Shown here one piece after another: positions 11,919 to 23,519 of a stretch of 64,000 nt of DNA (position 1 is the first letter of the stretch; the number at the start of each line of letters is the position of its first letter). Source of the stretch: Batkoa obscura (taxonomy: Eukaryota); NCBI GenBank assembly GCA_030770535.1, contig JASVEC010000003.1:310001-374000 (forward strand), given 5' to 3'. Under the pieces are notes generated by a model. That model was not told the DNA's origin. It did no database searches and worked only from the letters and a program-made list of their open reading frames with translations. The position numbers and the translations under genes were made by a program.

Positions 11919-12254
11919 ATTTTAAAATTAAGTATGAATTAAAGTATCGAATATAATGCGGAAGTTTTGATATGTATGGCTTGAATAAGGACTGATTTTA
12001 ATGATATAACTTTAAATGTATATTGATATAGAGAGTTTAAATAGTTTAAAAATAGAAACAAAAAATTGTGCATTTAAGCAATAAAAATGTGATTCCTACC
12101 TTTTTAAGCAGAGTTTATTTAAATTAGTTGAAAACGCCGTCAGCTAGATGTATGTTTGGCTAATAAAAGGTTTAGAAAACTAATTACCCGTGGGGTATTA
12201 TTGTATATAAGAAAAAAAACGTAAAACAAAAACAAATAATCATTAAAAGTATAA

Positions 12255-12938
12255 ATGTCCTGTCAAGACAATTTTAGCCAAAAAGATCAATTACCTTTAT
12301 GTTATTTTGACACAGATAAGCCATGCTACTACAATGCAGCTGTAATTGAGCCTTTATCCAGCAACACTAATGATATTATTGCCACATATAAAGTTAAAAC
12401 TAAAGGATGGCTAGATGACAAAATGGTATTCGAGAATGGGGAAACTGGAGAAAAGATTCATGGAAAAATATTTCTCACCGGTGCCAAGCTGTTTAACCAA
12501 GACAAGAAACCGCTACTTGAATTAAAATATAATGAATTTACAATGAAATCTTTCGTAACCACTACTTGGAATATAAAGTCCATCAGTAAAGAATCTCAAT
12601 TATACAATAGCGTAACTATGTTTAAACAAGACTTTGAAGAAGAGCCAGTATATCTAATAACAATGGTAACTAAGGATGAAAAAACATTGCAATTTGAGTG
12701 GCGTAGTTCTGGATTTTTAGAATCAAGATGGAAGTTAAGCCCCAAGAACGATCCTAAATTGACCATATTGAAATACTCAGCTCATATGCTGAAAAGTGAT
12801 CAATTACTCCAGTTTTGTTATATCTTCCGAGAGGACTTTAATATCTTTTTGATTTGCCTAATGTTTTTGCTTCATCATAGAGATACGGATCCTCAGTCTT
12901 TAAAAGATGTGGAGTTTATAGCCGATTATATAAACTAG
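12255..12938 (+). CDS. Tubby-C/LOR-like family member 6
   Basis: 227-aa ORF: TYKVKTKGWL...LLELKY...TTWNI...FEW...WKL...ILKY...QFCYIFREDFNIFLICLMFLLHH. Confidence 0.85.
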   Translation: MSCQDNFSQKDQLPLCYFDTDKPCYYNAAVIEPLSSNTNDIIATYKVKTKGWLDDKMVFENGETGEKIHGKIFLTGAKLFNQDKKPLLELKYNEFTMKSFVTTTWNIKSISKESQLYNSVTMFKQDFEEEPVYLITMVTKDEKTLQFEWRSSGFLESRWKLSPKNDPKLTILKYSAHMLKSDQLLQFCYIFREDFNIFLICLMFLLHHRDTDPQSLKDVEFIADYIN

Positions 12939-13099
12939 TTTATCACTTTTGTAGTTATGAAATAAGATAAACTATATTATGTGTCAGTAAATCTGACAAA
13001 TACTCTACCAAATAAATACCATATTAGATACTTTTTATTTTTAATTGGTCTTTTAAGTTGATAAAAGGATGTGCTTTTATTTAAATTTCACAAATCGTT

Positions 13100-13680
13100 A
13101 CTTTTTTTTAGAGATACTTACTAAAGGCAGTGTTCATTTAGTAATAGAAGGAATAATCAAAGAGGACGGTACAAACTGGAGAATTATCTGAAAGAAAGTG
13201 TCTTAGAGCTATTGAGGTATTAAGGCCAAACGGCCCAGTCTCAAGAACTTTCCTAACGGATTTAGATTTGTCTAATCTAAAAGTAGATAGAAAAAATCCA
13301 CTAAAAATAAAATGTTTCTATTCGGAAATGACAGAAGGAAGAGGGAACGGGCCGCTTTGTTCCCTAAATATCATCTATTAGTAGTATCTATGGATAATCC
13401 ATATGATGGAAACAGCAAGGAGGGGTAAATGAGAGCCAGGGCAGGAGGTGAACAGAGTAGGGACAAAAGATAGATCTTCGTTCCACAAGATAGTGGGGCT
13501 GTCAACATTATTGCTTAAAATAGAAGAGATAAGTAATCAAATATGCTGTATATAAGAGCAGCGAGGAAAATGATGATAAGATTGATCCTTTGACCACATA
13601 CAGGAAGGGCAGAACGGAGACACAAATTCATCGTATTTGATCCTTACGTATTTTAAAGCACTTTTTTAGGCTGCTGTAAA
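13100..13680 (-). mobile_element. Degenerate 3' end of an L1/Tx1-like non-LTR retrotransposon
   Basis: Minus strand reads SPFCPSCMWSKDQSYHHFPRC (zf-RVT CCHC, ~13612-13559), then IIWIIHRYY**MIF (cf. WxIWxxRNxxIF). Confidence 0.7.
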
Positions 13681-14749
13681 TATAACAGGGAAATTAAAGT
13701 AAGTAGCAAAATCAGTATAGTAATTAAGGCTTAATTGTGCCACAAGTATAGGCTAACTTTATCATAAAGTAAAATGAGAATGCTATTGTCATTGAAACTA
13801 TAGATACTACTAACGTACTTTATAAATACATTGCTTTTTTTGGCTTATAATTAAATGAATTGCTTCTCAAACAATCAAACTGTACATTAAATGGATTCAT
13901 AGATACTTAGTATCCTATACTACTACTACTTTGTGCTTTTTTTTCATTAATCAAATAAGATATATATATATTTATTGAGCTAGCTTTATAACTTTATGTT
14001 TCACATTAAAGGAGTTTATTTAGGGCTTTTAAAATTTTTACTTAAATATTGATGCCAAGTTTTACTGACCATACTCTTGCTCTAATTAGTTTGGCTATCG
14101 ACCTATGGTAATCTTGTGTATTTTTTCCTTTCTTCATCGATATATGAGGCCGTACCTCTAGCCCTTTTAAACATAAGATATTCCTAGTTGAGACCAGAAG
14201 CTTGTATTTTTCCATTTTATTGAAAGGGGCCATCACTAGTACTTTTTTGAAAGAAAAAAAATCAAATAGCTAAATAGCTGGCTTAAGGGACACAATCATT
14301 AGTGGGCAGCTCTTAGAAGAGTAGAGATTGTGATAAACAATTTCTATTTCTATTATGAGATACTTTTTGAAAAGCGCTGACTTATTTATGAATGGATTTG
14401 TACTTTTGCAATATTTTTTGATGCTTTTAAAATATTTAGCAACACCTCAATTTTAGTAACACCAACTCTACCTTATATATCTTAACAAAGTTAACTAAAG
14501 AATAATTGCAGTTTATCACAAAGTATTTATAATAATTTAATACTTACTTCATCCTTCTTTTTATATTGATAAAGTTTGAAAAATTTCTCAAAAACCCATG
14601 TGAATTTGTAGAAGCAATAGTTATTTCATAACTTTTATTTTCTGAAATTGCTATTTAAAGCACTTGAAATTCTGCACCTTAATTTAAAACAACAATTCAC
14701 CGCACAATCAGGTATAAATAGTCAAAAAGTGAATATAATTTTTTATAAA

Positions 14750-15385
14750 ATGTTCAAAAATCTTGATATTAAACACAGCGATTTACCACCAAGTTATGAA
14801 GAAATTACTCAAAATCAAAACTTAATAGACAATGGTATTGAGAGCTCAATCAAAGATTTTAAACCTCAGGAATTCAAAGTAAAATATCAATCCATATTAT
14901 CAAATAAAGTGAAATTCAAGAATGACAAAAATTACGAAACAGTAGTGGAAGTGCATTCTGGTAAAGCCAAGCTTTTACATAACGATTCGAGTAAATGTCT
15001 TTCATTAGAATATAAAAAAGGACTATCAAAATCAATAGATTCTCCCGCTTGGGAAATAACCAAAAATAAACAAGTTGCAAAGACATACGAATCAATTATA
15101 ATGTTTAAGGAATTAATTAATAAAGAACCAAGCTATATCATTCAAATGAAAGCTAAGGAAAACAAAAAAGTTCATTTAAGATTGGAGCGTGTTGAAAATT
15201 CAAAAAATGATTGGGTGCTGTATTATAAAATCAATCCAAGTTTAGTGCTCTTATTATATTCAACCAATTTAATAGCAGCCGACAGTTTAACTCAATATTT
15301 TAAAATTACTACTGAAGAGTTGGACGTGTATTTGCTTTGCCTGGCCTTTGTAATTAATAGTCATAAAAATAAGGACGTGTTGTGA
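14750..15385 (+). CDS. Tubby-C/LOR-like family member 7 (PPSY motif)
   Basis: First ATG at 14750 (the track's TTG start lies upstream of TATAAATA 14713-14720); DLPPSYEEI; ends EELDVYLLCLAFVINSH. Confidence 0.85.
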   Translation: MFKNLDIKHSDLPPSYEEITQNQNLIDNGIESSIKDFKPQEFKVKYQSILSNKVKFKNDKNYETVVEVHSGKAKLLHNDSSKCLSLEYKKGLSKSIDSPAWEITKNKQVAKTYESIIMFKELINKEPSYIIQMKAKENKKVHLRLERVENSKNDWVLYYKINPSLVLLLYSTNLIAADSLTQYFKITTEELDVYLLCLAFVINSHKNKDVL

Positions 15386-16646
15386 TACAAAACTATATTC
15401 GCTCTTTCCTGGGATTGCTGTCATTGATAAAAGATGAATATGGTCTTCCATACTGCTTAAGATTACTATTTAACATCTTACCAGATAACTACTAAATTAC
15501 ATTTTGAATATTATGTCCTCATTTATGAAAATTCATGTACTATCTCCTATAACTGGATTTTTTTAAATATTCCCTTATGTAAATAAACTTACTATTGGCG
15601 TTTGTTCAAGCCTACATCTATAAAGAAAATCATTGCTGTAATACAGCACTTTCCTTAATGATTTAATAAACTTTAAAACTGTACCAAACATTTAAGAATT
15701 TTCTCACTATATTACTGTTTAAGTATCAAAATAATACAATCGCATCAAATAGCCATTATTTGATTAAAAAAGCAGATGAAATACATATAATGAGATATTT
15801 TTTATACGTGACTAAACAGGGTTATGCTAATATCACAATACTTCTATTTGAGTTAATAATCGAAATATCTAACTAACTTAGGCTGCTAAGAGTGTATTGT
15901 TTTACGATAAATCTAATAAAGTATGTATTAAAATATGATTTATACTAAATTCTATCAAATGGGATTTATTTTCTACCTCTTTGTTTTGGTTTTTATTAAA
16001 TTTCTCAGGTAACTGCATGTATCGCTTTTTATTTACATACACATTTACCTAACTTTTTTTATCTATTCTGCTTTCTTTTGTTTTATACAAAGTTATTAGC
16101 TTTGATGGTAGCCTTGTGTAAAGTTAATAGTAAATCGTAAGCGTTAGTGCAGTTGAAATTTAGTTTGTAAACTAAATTCAAGATGTATCTTATGTTTAAA
16201 TAAAAGATGTAAGTTATTAGTATTAATACTCACTTATAAAACTTACTGCCTTTTTTTCCCTTCATGTTACATTTTGTTATAGAGTTTTGACTGAGATGAT
16301 AGATTCTTTAAGTTACTTATGTCAAAGTTGGAGCATAATTTAATCTTATTCTACACTAACTATATGGTCCATTCAGCCCCCATCTGGCCACTTAAAACTT
16401 ATAAACTTTTCATACTTTATAAAACTATTGATATTATAGCGCGTAATCTTAAGTAATAAGATTATTCTTTTTATAACGGTGCTTTTTTCAGTCTCATAAA
16501 ATTTCTTTTTATCTAAGTTGGCCCGAAAACAAATTAAAACTCAAGCGGAAATAAAAACTACTAAGTGGTCACTTAATAGATAAAAAAGTATAAATAGGGC
16601 GTATTAAGATGAAACAAACCAAAAGATCAAAAAACAAATTTATTAA

Positions 16647-17294
16647 ATGGATAAACAGCCAGAACAATACTCTCTAGTACTTTCAAATAAAACTATGCCC
16701 GGTTATGAGGAGATACCATCGCATTACGGAAGCAACGATACAGAGAGTGAAAAAAATGGATTGATTAGCTATGCTGTTAAGAAATCAGGGTGTGTAATGC
16801 GAAACGTGAGCATTAGTGACGACAAAGGCAGCATCACCTATAACAGCAATGTATTTATATTAACTGCTGACTTATTAAATGAACATGGGGAACCAGATTT
16901 AAAAATTTCCCGTAGCGACCTTATGCTGTGGTACATTATTTGGGATATCACTTATTTCAAAAGGGAAAATAAGGCTTATGATGATGTAAAAATGGTTAAA
17001 AAAAGATTTCAAATGATTCCAAGTTATACTATTAGAATGCGTAAAAACAATGACGAAATAAGCGAATATGAATGGTATCCGGCTTCTTTTTTTTGCTGTT
17101 GTTGGGTCCTTTATAAAAAGAATAGTTACGATGATAAGCTCTTACAGTACAACAACCACTTGTTCAAAGATAGTGAGTTATTTCAGTATAGATACATTGA
17201 CCAGGATGATTTGAAAATTCTCTTGTTAACAATTTCATTTCTTACGATTCACTATGAGCGTCCTAACCATCAATCTAGCACTATCTTTTACTAG
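16647..17294 (+). CDS. Tubby-C/LOR-like family member 8 (MPGYEEI; internal CCC)
   Basis: 215-aa ORF; TATAAATA 16589-16596; family core; ends YIDQDDLKILLLTISFLTIH. Confidence 0.85.
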   Translation: MDKQPEQYSLVLSNKTMPGYEEIPSHYGSNDTESEKNGLISYAVKKSGCVMRNVSISDDKGSITYNSNVFILTADLLNEHGEPDLKISRSDLMLWYIIWDITYFKRENKAYDDVKMVKKRFQMIPSYTIRMRKNNDEISEYEWYPASFFCCCWVLYKKNSYDDKLLQYNNHLFKDSELFQYRYIDQDDLKILLLTISFLTIHYERPNHQSSTIFY

Positions 17295-17602
17295 GTTATG
17301 TATTGTCACAAAATATACTAGATATGAACAAGCTCACTGTGGATATTAATAAATTGTATACTAATTTAATCAAGCTCAAGAATTTTTTTCATATATATTT
17401 TTTAAGTATAAGATGGCAGAAATCCACTTTAAGATTTATTAATCGTTTATATTGAGGAAACCATATAACGTGATTATTTGATAAACAAAATTTCAAATAC
17501 CAAAACTCTGCTCTTTTGTAATTTATGTATTTGATATAGTAAACAAAACATAAATAAAATTTTAATCATTATGTCAATAAATTATCTTTATTATAAATAC
17601 GA

Positions 17603-18202
17603 TTATTCATCCTCATAAACTAAAAAGAACGATAAAACTAAAACCATAGTTTTGATTAAACTTTCGTCCATCTTCTTAAGTTGGTAAAGTATGTCCTTTT
17701 GTAAATATTTGGCGTTAAATTTTAATAAGACATCATCTCGGTCTTCTGTATTATAAAGATAGAATTGGTCTGGTAATTTATTTGCCGATTTCCAAATATA
17801 ATCTGAAATTACATCTTGATTGTTAGTAACTTTAATAATGTAAGTAAGTGGAGACTTAAAACTTATCCTAGTTACTTCTATCTTCTTGATTTCTGAAGTT
17901 GTTGGTGAATTCAATAAGATATCCCATCGAATATTCTTTAAACTATATTTAATGTTTTTCAATGTTAATTCAGCCTCTTCTTCCTGATTATAATATTTAG
18001 CACTCAATGATTTTATCTTGACTTTATATTTGACAACCCTGTCTTCATCCACAAATTTAAAATCTCTTCTTAAGATGCCATAACGTTCAAGAGTGTATTT
18101 ATTTATATAATTAAGCTTTGATCGATTTAACTTGGAGTAATTCAAGTCATTAGAGTCTACATCTTTGTGTTTAATTTGAGATATTCTTCTTAAAATGTTC
18201 AT
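17603..18202 (-). CDS. Tubby-C/LOR-like family member 9
   Basis: ATG at 18202; family core YTLERYGILRRDFKF...W...YIW...LLKF...QLKKMDESLIKTMVLVLSFFLV. Confidence 0.8.
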   Translation of the reverse strand: MNILRRISQIKHKDVDSNDLNYSKLNRSKLNYINKYTLERYGILRRDFKFVDEDRVVKYKVKIKSLSAKYYNQEEEAELTLKNIKYSLKNIRWDILLNSPTTSEIKKIEVTRISFKSPLTYIIKVTNNQDVISDYIWKSANKLPDQFYLYNTEDRDDVLLKFNAKYLQKDILYQLKKMDESLIKTMVLVLSFFLVYEDE

Positions 18203-18666
18203 CTTCAATTATGTTAACTTTGATGAAAATAAGTTAATGAGCTGAAACACTCAATTGAACTAAACAACTTTGTTATATACTTTCGCGTAAATATGAGTAT
18301 CAATGTTCGGAATTGGTTTATAAATTAAATATTCTATATAGAAAATTAGTAAAATTTATTAAAAAGCCCAAAGCTAAATTGTATTTTGCCCAATTTAATT
18401 TTTCCGAAATTTTAGAATGTGGCTAAAACAGGCCATTCCTTTTCGCCATATACATTTAGAACAGACTATTGAAATAGTACAAGTAGTTATAAATTCTATT
18501 AAAGTCATACTATTGAAAACTTATAATATAGAGTATATATCTATTGAGTTTTCTATCAAGATTAGTGTGTTTATTTATAAAAATTAAAAAAGTTGTAAAT
18601 TCAAATATAGTCTATAAGAACATTTGTACTTGAAATATGAAAAGCAATAAATAAATAATATTCGCT

Positions 18667-19302
18667 TTATTCATGAAATACAATAAAAGATAATACTAAA
18701 AGCAATGTCTTAACAACATCTTCAGGTAAGTAAGAATATTGTACAATATTCCCATTACCACAAGTGTCGGCTTTATATTTTAAAAGAATATCCTTAGATT
18801 GACCCTTAGGATAAATATACAAACTGGTTGAAATAGGGAAAGCTTTGAATATTTCGTATTCTACAAGGTTCCCATGAAAGTCGTATAGTACAATGTTATA
18901 AATTGTTTCGTGCTGAAAATCCTTTTTAGTTACTTCGACAGAAGGATAAAATTTAGTGCTATTGATTGTATACAAAATGATAAAATTTCTTTCAGTACAA
19001 TACCTATTAGCATAATTTAAATCCATTACTTCAAAATTGTCATCAGTCAATTTTGCTCCTAATGCATCCACTTTTACACTATACACTGCTCCACTCTTCT
19101 CATTTAAATATCGAAAGTTTCTGTTTAAAAATCCATGTCTTAAAACAACACAATGACCCTTATATTCAGATCCAGGGATTGGGGAGGATGAATAATCGAT
19201 ACTAAGTTCAACTTCTTTGAAGTTTATGTGACATCTAGGTCTTGATATGGCACTTTGGTAGCTAACCTTTGATAAAGGCAAAAGCTGGCAGTCGGAATAC
19301 AT
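18667..19302 (-). CDS. Tubby-C/LOR-like family member 10
   Basis: 211-aa ORF: GFLNRNF...ILLKY...QYSYLPEDVVKTLLLVLSFIVFH. Confidence 0.8.
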   Translation of the reverse strand: MYSDCQLLPLSKVSYQSAISRPRCHINFKEVELSIDYSSSPIPGSEYKGHCVVLRHGFLNRNFRYLNEKSGAVYSVKVDALGAKLTDDNFEVMDLNYANRYCTERNFIILYTINSTKFYPSVEVTKKDFQHETIYNIVLYDFHGNLVEYEIFKAFPISTSLYIYPKGQSKDILLKYKADTCGNGNIVQYSYLPEDVVKTLLLVLSFIVFHE

Positions 19303-20233
19303 TTTGGCTTAAAGTACATAAATTTATAAAAAAAGATAATAGATAGATTGGAAATAAACTAAACTATTTATATTTTCAAGTTTTAAATATACTACTTTAT
19401 GTACTTTTAAGAATAATTAGATTATAAATAAAAATAACCCTTAACAATTAAAAGTTGGCTTTATTTTAGTACGAAATTAATACTTAATTATAATTTATAT
19501 AATAATATTTAATTAAGAATGCACCATTTATATTTTTATTATATAGATTTTCTAGAATAGAAGTTTAATTTAGCTACGCATGGCTTAAAGTGAGAAAATA
19601 AAAAACCTATCAACCTAATTTAAGTAATCGTGTATGAATGATTCCTTGATGTGGATCCCTCAATTAGTATGCAAAGTTATTTTAGTTATCTTTTATAGGG
19701 CCTGAAAGAGTCATTTAGTTTGGTTGGTATAATTGAAAAGAGGCTTAAAATCAAAAAGTTATTCAGATATAGTTTTGAATTGTCATTCAATAATAATATC
19801 TGGCTGGTATTTTAATGATTCATTATGAGAATACTATTTGGTATAAATAAGGGTGTTGATTTTAAGGTAGTTTTAATATAGATTAAAGATATAAGACTAA
19901 AGAATATAAAGTTTAAAACTTCTCACAAAAATAATATTCCAGATATTATCCCTCAAGTTCTTTAAGCTATTTTAAGTAACTTAAACAAAGGATATATTCA
20001 AAGTAAATTATGGCCATTAATAGTATTAAATGTAATAAACACTTGGTTTTTTTATAAAATATTAAAGTCTATAATGATCATTTTGAAATTAATTAATAAA
20101 GCAATAGTATACCTTTAATTTCTAAATAAGTGAAAAAACTCATACTGATTAATATTGTCTCTAAACGGAATGGATTAAGTAATGACCAAAATAAAACCTG
20201 TAGCAAAACGTAAACTCTGTTGAAAGTACCAGC

Positions 20234-21757
20234 TTATTCAATTCCCAAGGTAGAATGAGATTGATGCTCTGGACGATGAGTGGATTCATAATCCAAGTGT
20301 ACAAAAGCCCTTTCAACTTCAGGAATAGTTTCAAGTTTTTCCTAGATATCAAATTTAGTCTTTAGAGTTATAAATATTACTATAAGCATACTTGCAAGGT
20401 CTCCCCAATATCATGACTTTCATGTAATGGAGTTTGAGGATGTAAGACAATGTCAACTTCAACAAACACATTATTTCCTAAATGATAGGCACGACATGTA
20501 TCAACTTGAACAATTCTTTCATCATGAGTAACAGCTAACCATTAATTTGTAATTATAGAAAATGATAAGATTTACCAAGATAAGTCAATCTTTGGAGGAA
20601 ATTTGGATCAGCAGACTTTCCAACAATTAAATCGATTTGTTCTAATAATTTATTTTTTAGGGTGGCCATTAGTTTACTAAAATATTAATACCTAAAGCAG
20701 TTGAAACCCAAGAGCGTAAAATAATAACAGCTACTAATAAACAACCTATTGGATCGATCCACCAAGCAATTCGATGTCCTGTCACATTGTTTAAATAATA
20801 GTTTATTGATTATAAAAAGATAATTACCCAAGATACTCATCGAGAGACCAAAAATATTCACGATTATATCGTTACGATGATCAAGTGCTAAAATTTTGGC
20901 ACTGGGATATTGTGAAATTGCAATACAATAAATGTATAAAAACATTTTTGAAACTAACTATTATAAATTTTACGTTTTAAAAGTATGAATTCAAAGTACC
21001 TAATGCAAAAACAACACATAAAATACTAACCATATCAAGGGAAATAGCTGCCTCTTCAGAAGATAAAGCTTTTATGCCTTCAATCTTAGAACAAAAGATT
21101 AAAATATAGATTTGTTTACTTAATATAATACCATAAGTTGAATGGAAACAGTTGACATTAGGGATGAAAAAACGATAATACCAGCAGTTTCAAGTCTTGA
21201 TTTTCCCTACAAATATTGTTCATACTCACATTATTTGTTATTTAATTATCCTTACTGTCGGATATTTAAAGTGATTCTTTCTTTCTGCGGCTTTACCAGC
21301 TAACAAAAGAATGACACTAGATAATAAATCCATAAATGCATCTGCCATTGTAGCAAATAAACTTAAAGATCCGGTTCTTAAAGCTGCATATAATTGTAAT
21401 AAAAACAAAAGGACATTAGCAGCTACTGAGCCATAAATTGCAATTTTGAGCTTTAAAAAAGTCAATTTTAGTAATAGTATAAACAAAATTAAAAACCTTC
21501 AAAAGATTCTCACTATCATCTTCTGGAGGATTAATTGGAGCCAATAATTCATCAATCAAGTCGTTTTGTTTTAAATAAAATGAATGAGAGGTGTATTTCC
21601 CATCACGTTTTAATTGTTCTAACTCTTGAATTGATTTTCTTTTAGTTAATAATTGTAAAGGATCATTGACTGCAGTTAAATTGCTATCGTAAGACTGTCT
21701 GTTACTTCCTTCTTCAAGTAATCGTTGATTTGCATTTGATCCACTACTAGATTCCAT
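20234..21757 (-). CDS. Cation diffusion facilitator, Mn-CDF (MTP8/MTP11-like), multi-exon
   Basis: Exon 1 21757-21497, exon 2 from 21450. Motifs DAFMD and DHRND (DxxxD, Mn type), [26 protein letters not shown]...PEH; stop 20236-20234. Confidence 0.9.
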
Positions 21758-22449
21758 TATAAAGTAAAAAGGTGAGTTACATTAATTTTAAACTTTTTTA
21801 TGCAAACACAAATTTCATTTATTGAAGGAATAATTCAAAATTAACCCTAATTTAGACATCGACACAAAATGAAATAATTAGATTTAAAACGATTTGATAT
21901 CACTTGTTGGGATTTTAGTCTTTAATTTAAAAAAAAATGATTTGACATCATTTAGGCTGAAAAAAACAACAAACTCTATAATCAAGGTCAATATAAAATT
22001 TTCATAATTGTATATTTACTATTGAACATCTTGATATTTAGTATAGTATGAATTGTATTTATCAAAATTCTTTACTGTGAAAGGTAAGGTTGGCTCCAAA
22101 ATTGATATTTAAAATTATAAATTGTTAATCTCTTATCATAAAATAATAATTTATAATGCAATTTATTAACTAACATGCATTATCAGATTAGGTATTTGAT
22201 TATTTTATCGATTTATAAAAAACTACAAGCATAGATTTACAGTGTTAGATAATCTAATTTAAAATTAAAACATTGTTATCCTTGTGAAAATTGGTACTCA
22301 GTAGTTGGAGTTAAAAGCAGTTTTTGCTTGATTAATTTTCCTTGAGTTGAAAGGTCTTAGTTTATGTAACTAAGATAGGCTTAACTTAATAGAAATAGTA
22401 CATAATAAGCTACGAATTATGTAAAACAAATACAATGGAAGATACTACC

Positions 22450-22760
22450 ATAAAATCTATATAAGATGTTGTCAGAAAGACTTAGTGACTTTATTAATGG
22501 TACGTTATCAGTGAATAATTCAATTAGGAAGCCTCGAGTTAGTATGTTGAAGAATCTCTTTTATACACCAACTGGGTGGCTATATATAAGGAACATTATA
22601 GCAGCTATTCCTTATTATAGTTGCCAAGTATGGACATTAAAATGTGGACAATAAGTTCTTCGCGATCAGGTGGTAGCAATTCTCACAGTAAATCTATATA
22701 AGAAACTCTGAATTGATTGTCATCTTATAATCAATCCTAGAGCTAATGAAGCGATATTTC
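22450..22760 (-). mobile_element. Possible highly decayed non-LTR retrotransposon fragment
   Basis: Minus strand YCENCY, then across frameshifts DREELIVHIL / CP, resembling the CxxC...ExxxHILxxCP knuckle; many stops. Confidence 0.35.
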
Positions 22761-22765
22761 ACAAT

Positions 22766-22965
22766 GGGGATGTATTTTTTTGTTTAAGGATTTTACTAAC
22801 AATCTTTCCGCTCAAATGGGGGTTTTTTTTCGGCTTCATCACTTTTTCCATCTTTTAGCGCTATTTGAGCGGAAAAGTTGCTAGTAAAATTCTTAAACAT
22901 AAAAATATATCCCCAAATAGCGCTTAAAAAATAGAAAAAGTGATGAAACCAAAAAAAACATCCCC
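22766..22965 (+). mobile_element. MITE copy interrupted by a second copy
   Basis: Left half 22766-22817 and right half 22915-22965 rebuild the consensus. Confidence 0.9.
22818..22914 (-). mobile_element. Nested MITE copy in opposite orientation
   Basis: GGGGG...ATCCCC flanked by AAAT at 22814-22817 and 22915-22918. Confidence 0.9.
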
Positions 22966-23519
22966 ATATATTACTTGATTGAATTTATTATTATCAATGA
23001 ACTTTAATATTTTCTATTTTTTGTTTTATTATAAAATTCTATAAATCCTTGGTTATTATAAATAATTGTTAAAATTAACGTAAATGAATCATAATACTCA
23101 TATTGTGTGTTTCTTCCTATTCTATTAAAATTTTTAAAATTAGATTTAGTTTAGTTATAAAAGCTTGTATTTTGTTTTTACTTTAATAAAAAGTAAAGTG
23201 AAATAATTATATAATTAATTTTTCTAATCATTTAAAAAAATGAGATAATTAAAACAAGTCTTTTATGTTAAATAAAAAGATTTATTTTGAGTTTTTAATT
23301 TTAATATTTGTATTTAAAATTATATTACGTTTTTTATTTAATAATCTTATTGGAAAAATAGCTTTCCACCATTTTATAGTAAGAGTAAGAAGTGATACAT
23401 TTATCTAACCAGAAGGAATAAAAAGCTTATTTTCAATCATTTTGATCATGCAACAAACACCTTGAATTGATTATATAATGTCGCTGTTTATCGTAATCTA
23501 ATCAAAACCTTTTCTAAAA

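Noticed and set aside
14042..14340. Short ORF with VSTRNI resembling a Ty3/gypsy integrase tail
   Set aside because: Only a few residues match and no frame gives a consistent motif; may be TE debris but cannot be assigned.
15386..15495. Coding-like sequence after the member 7 stop
   Set aside because: The family domain is already complete and no paralog has a matching extension.
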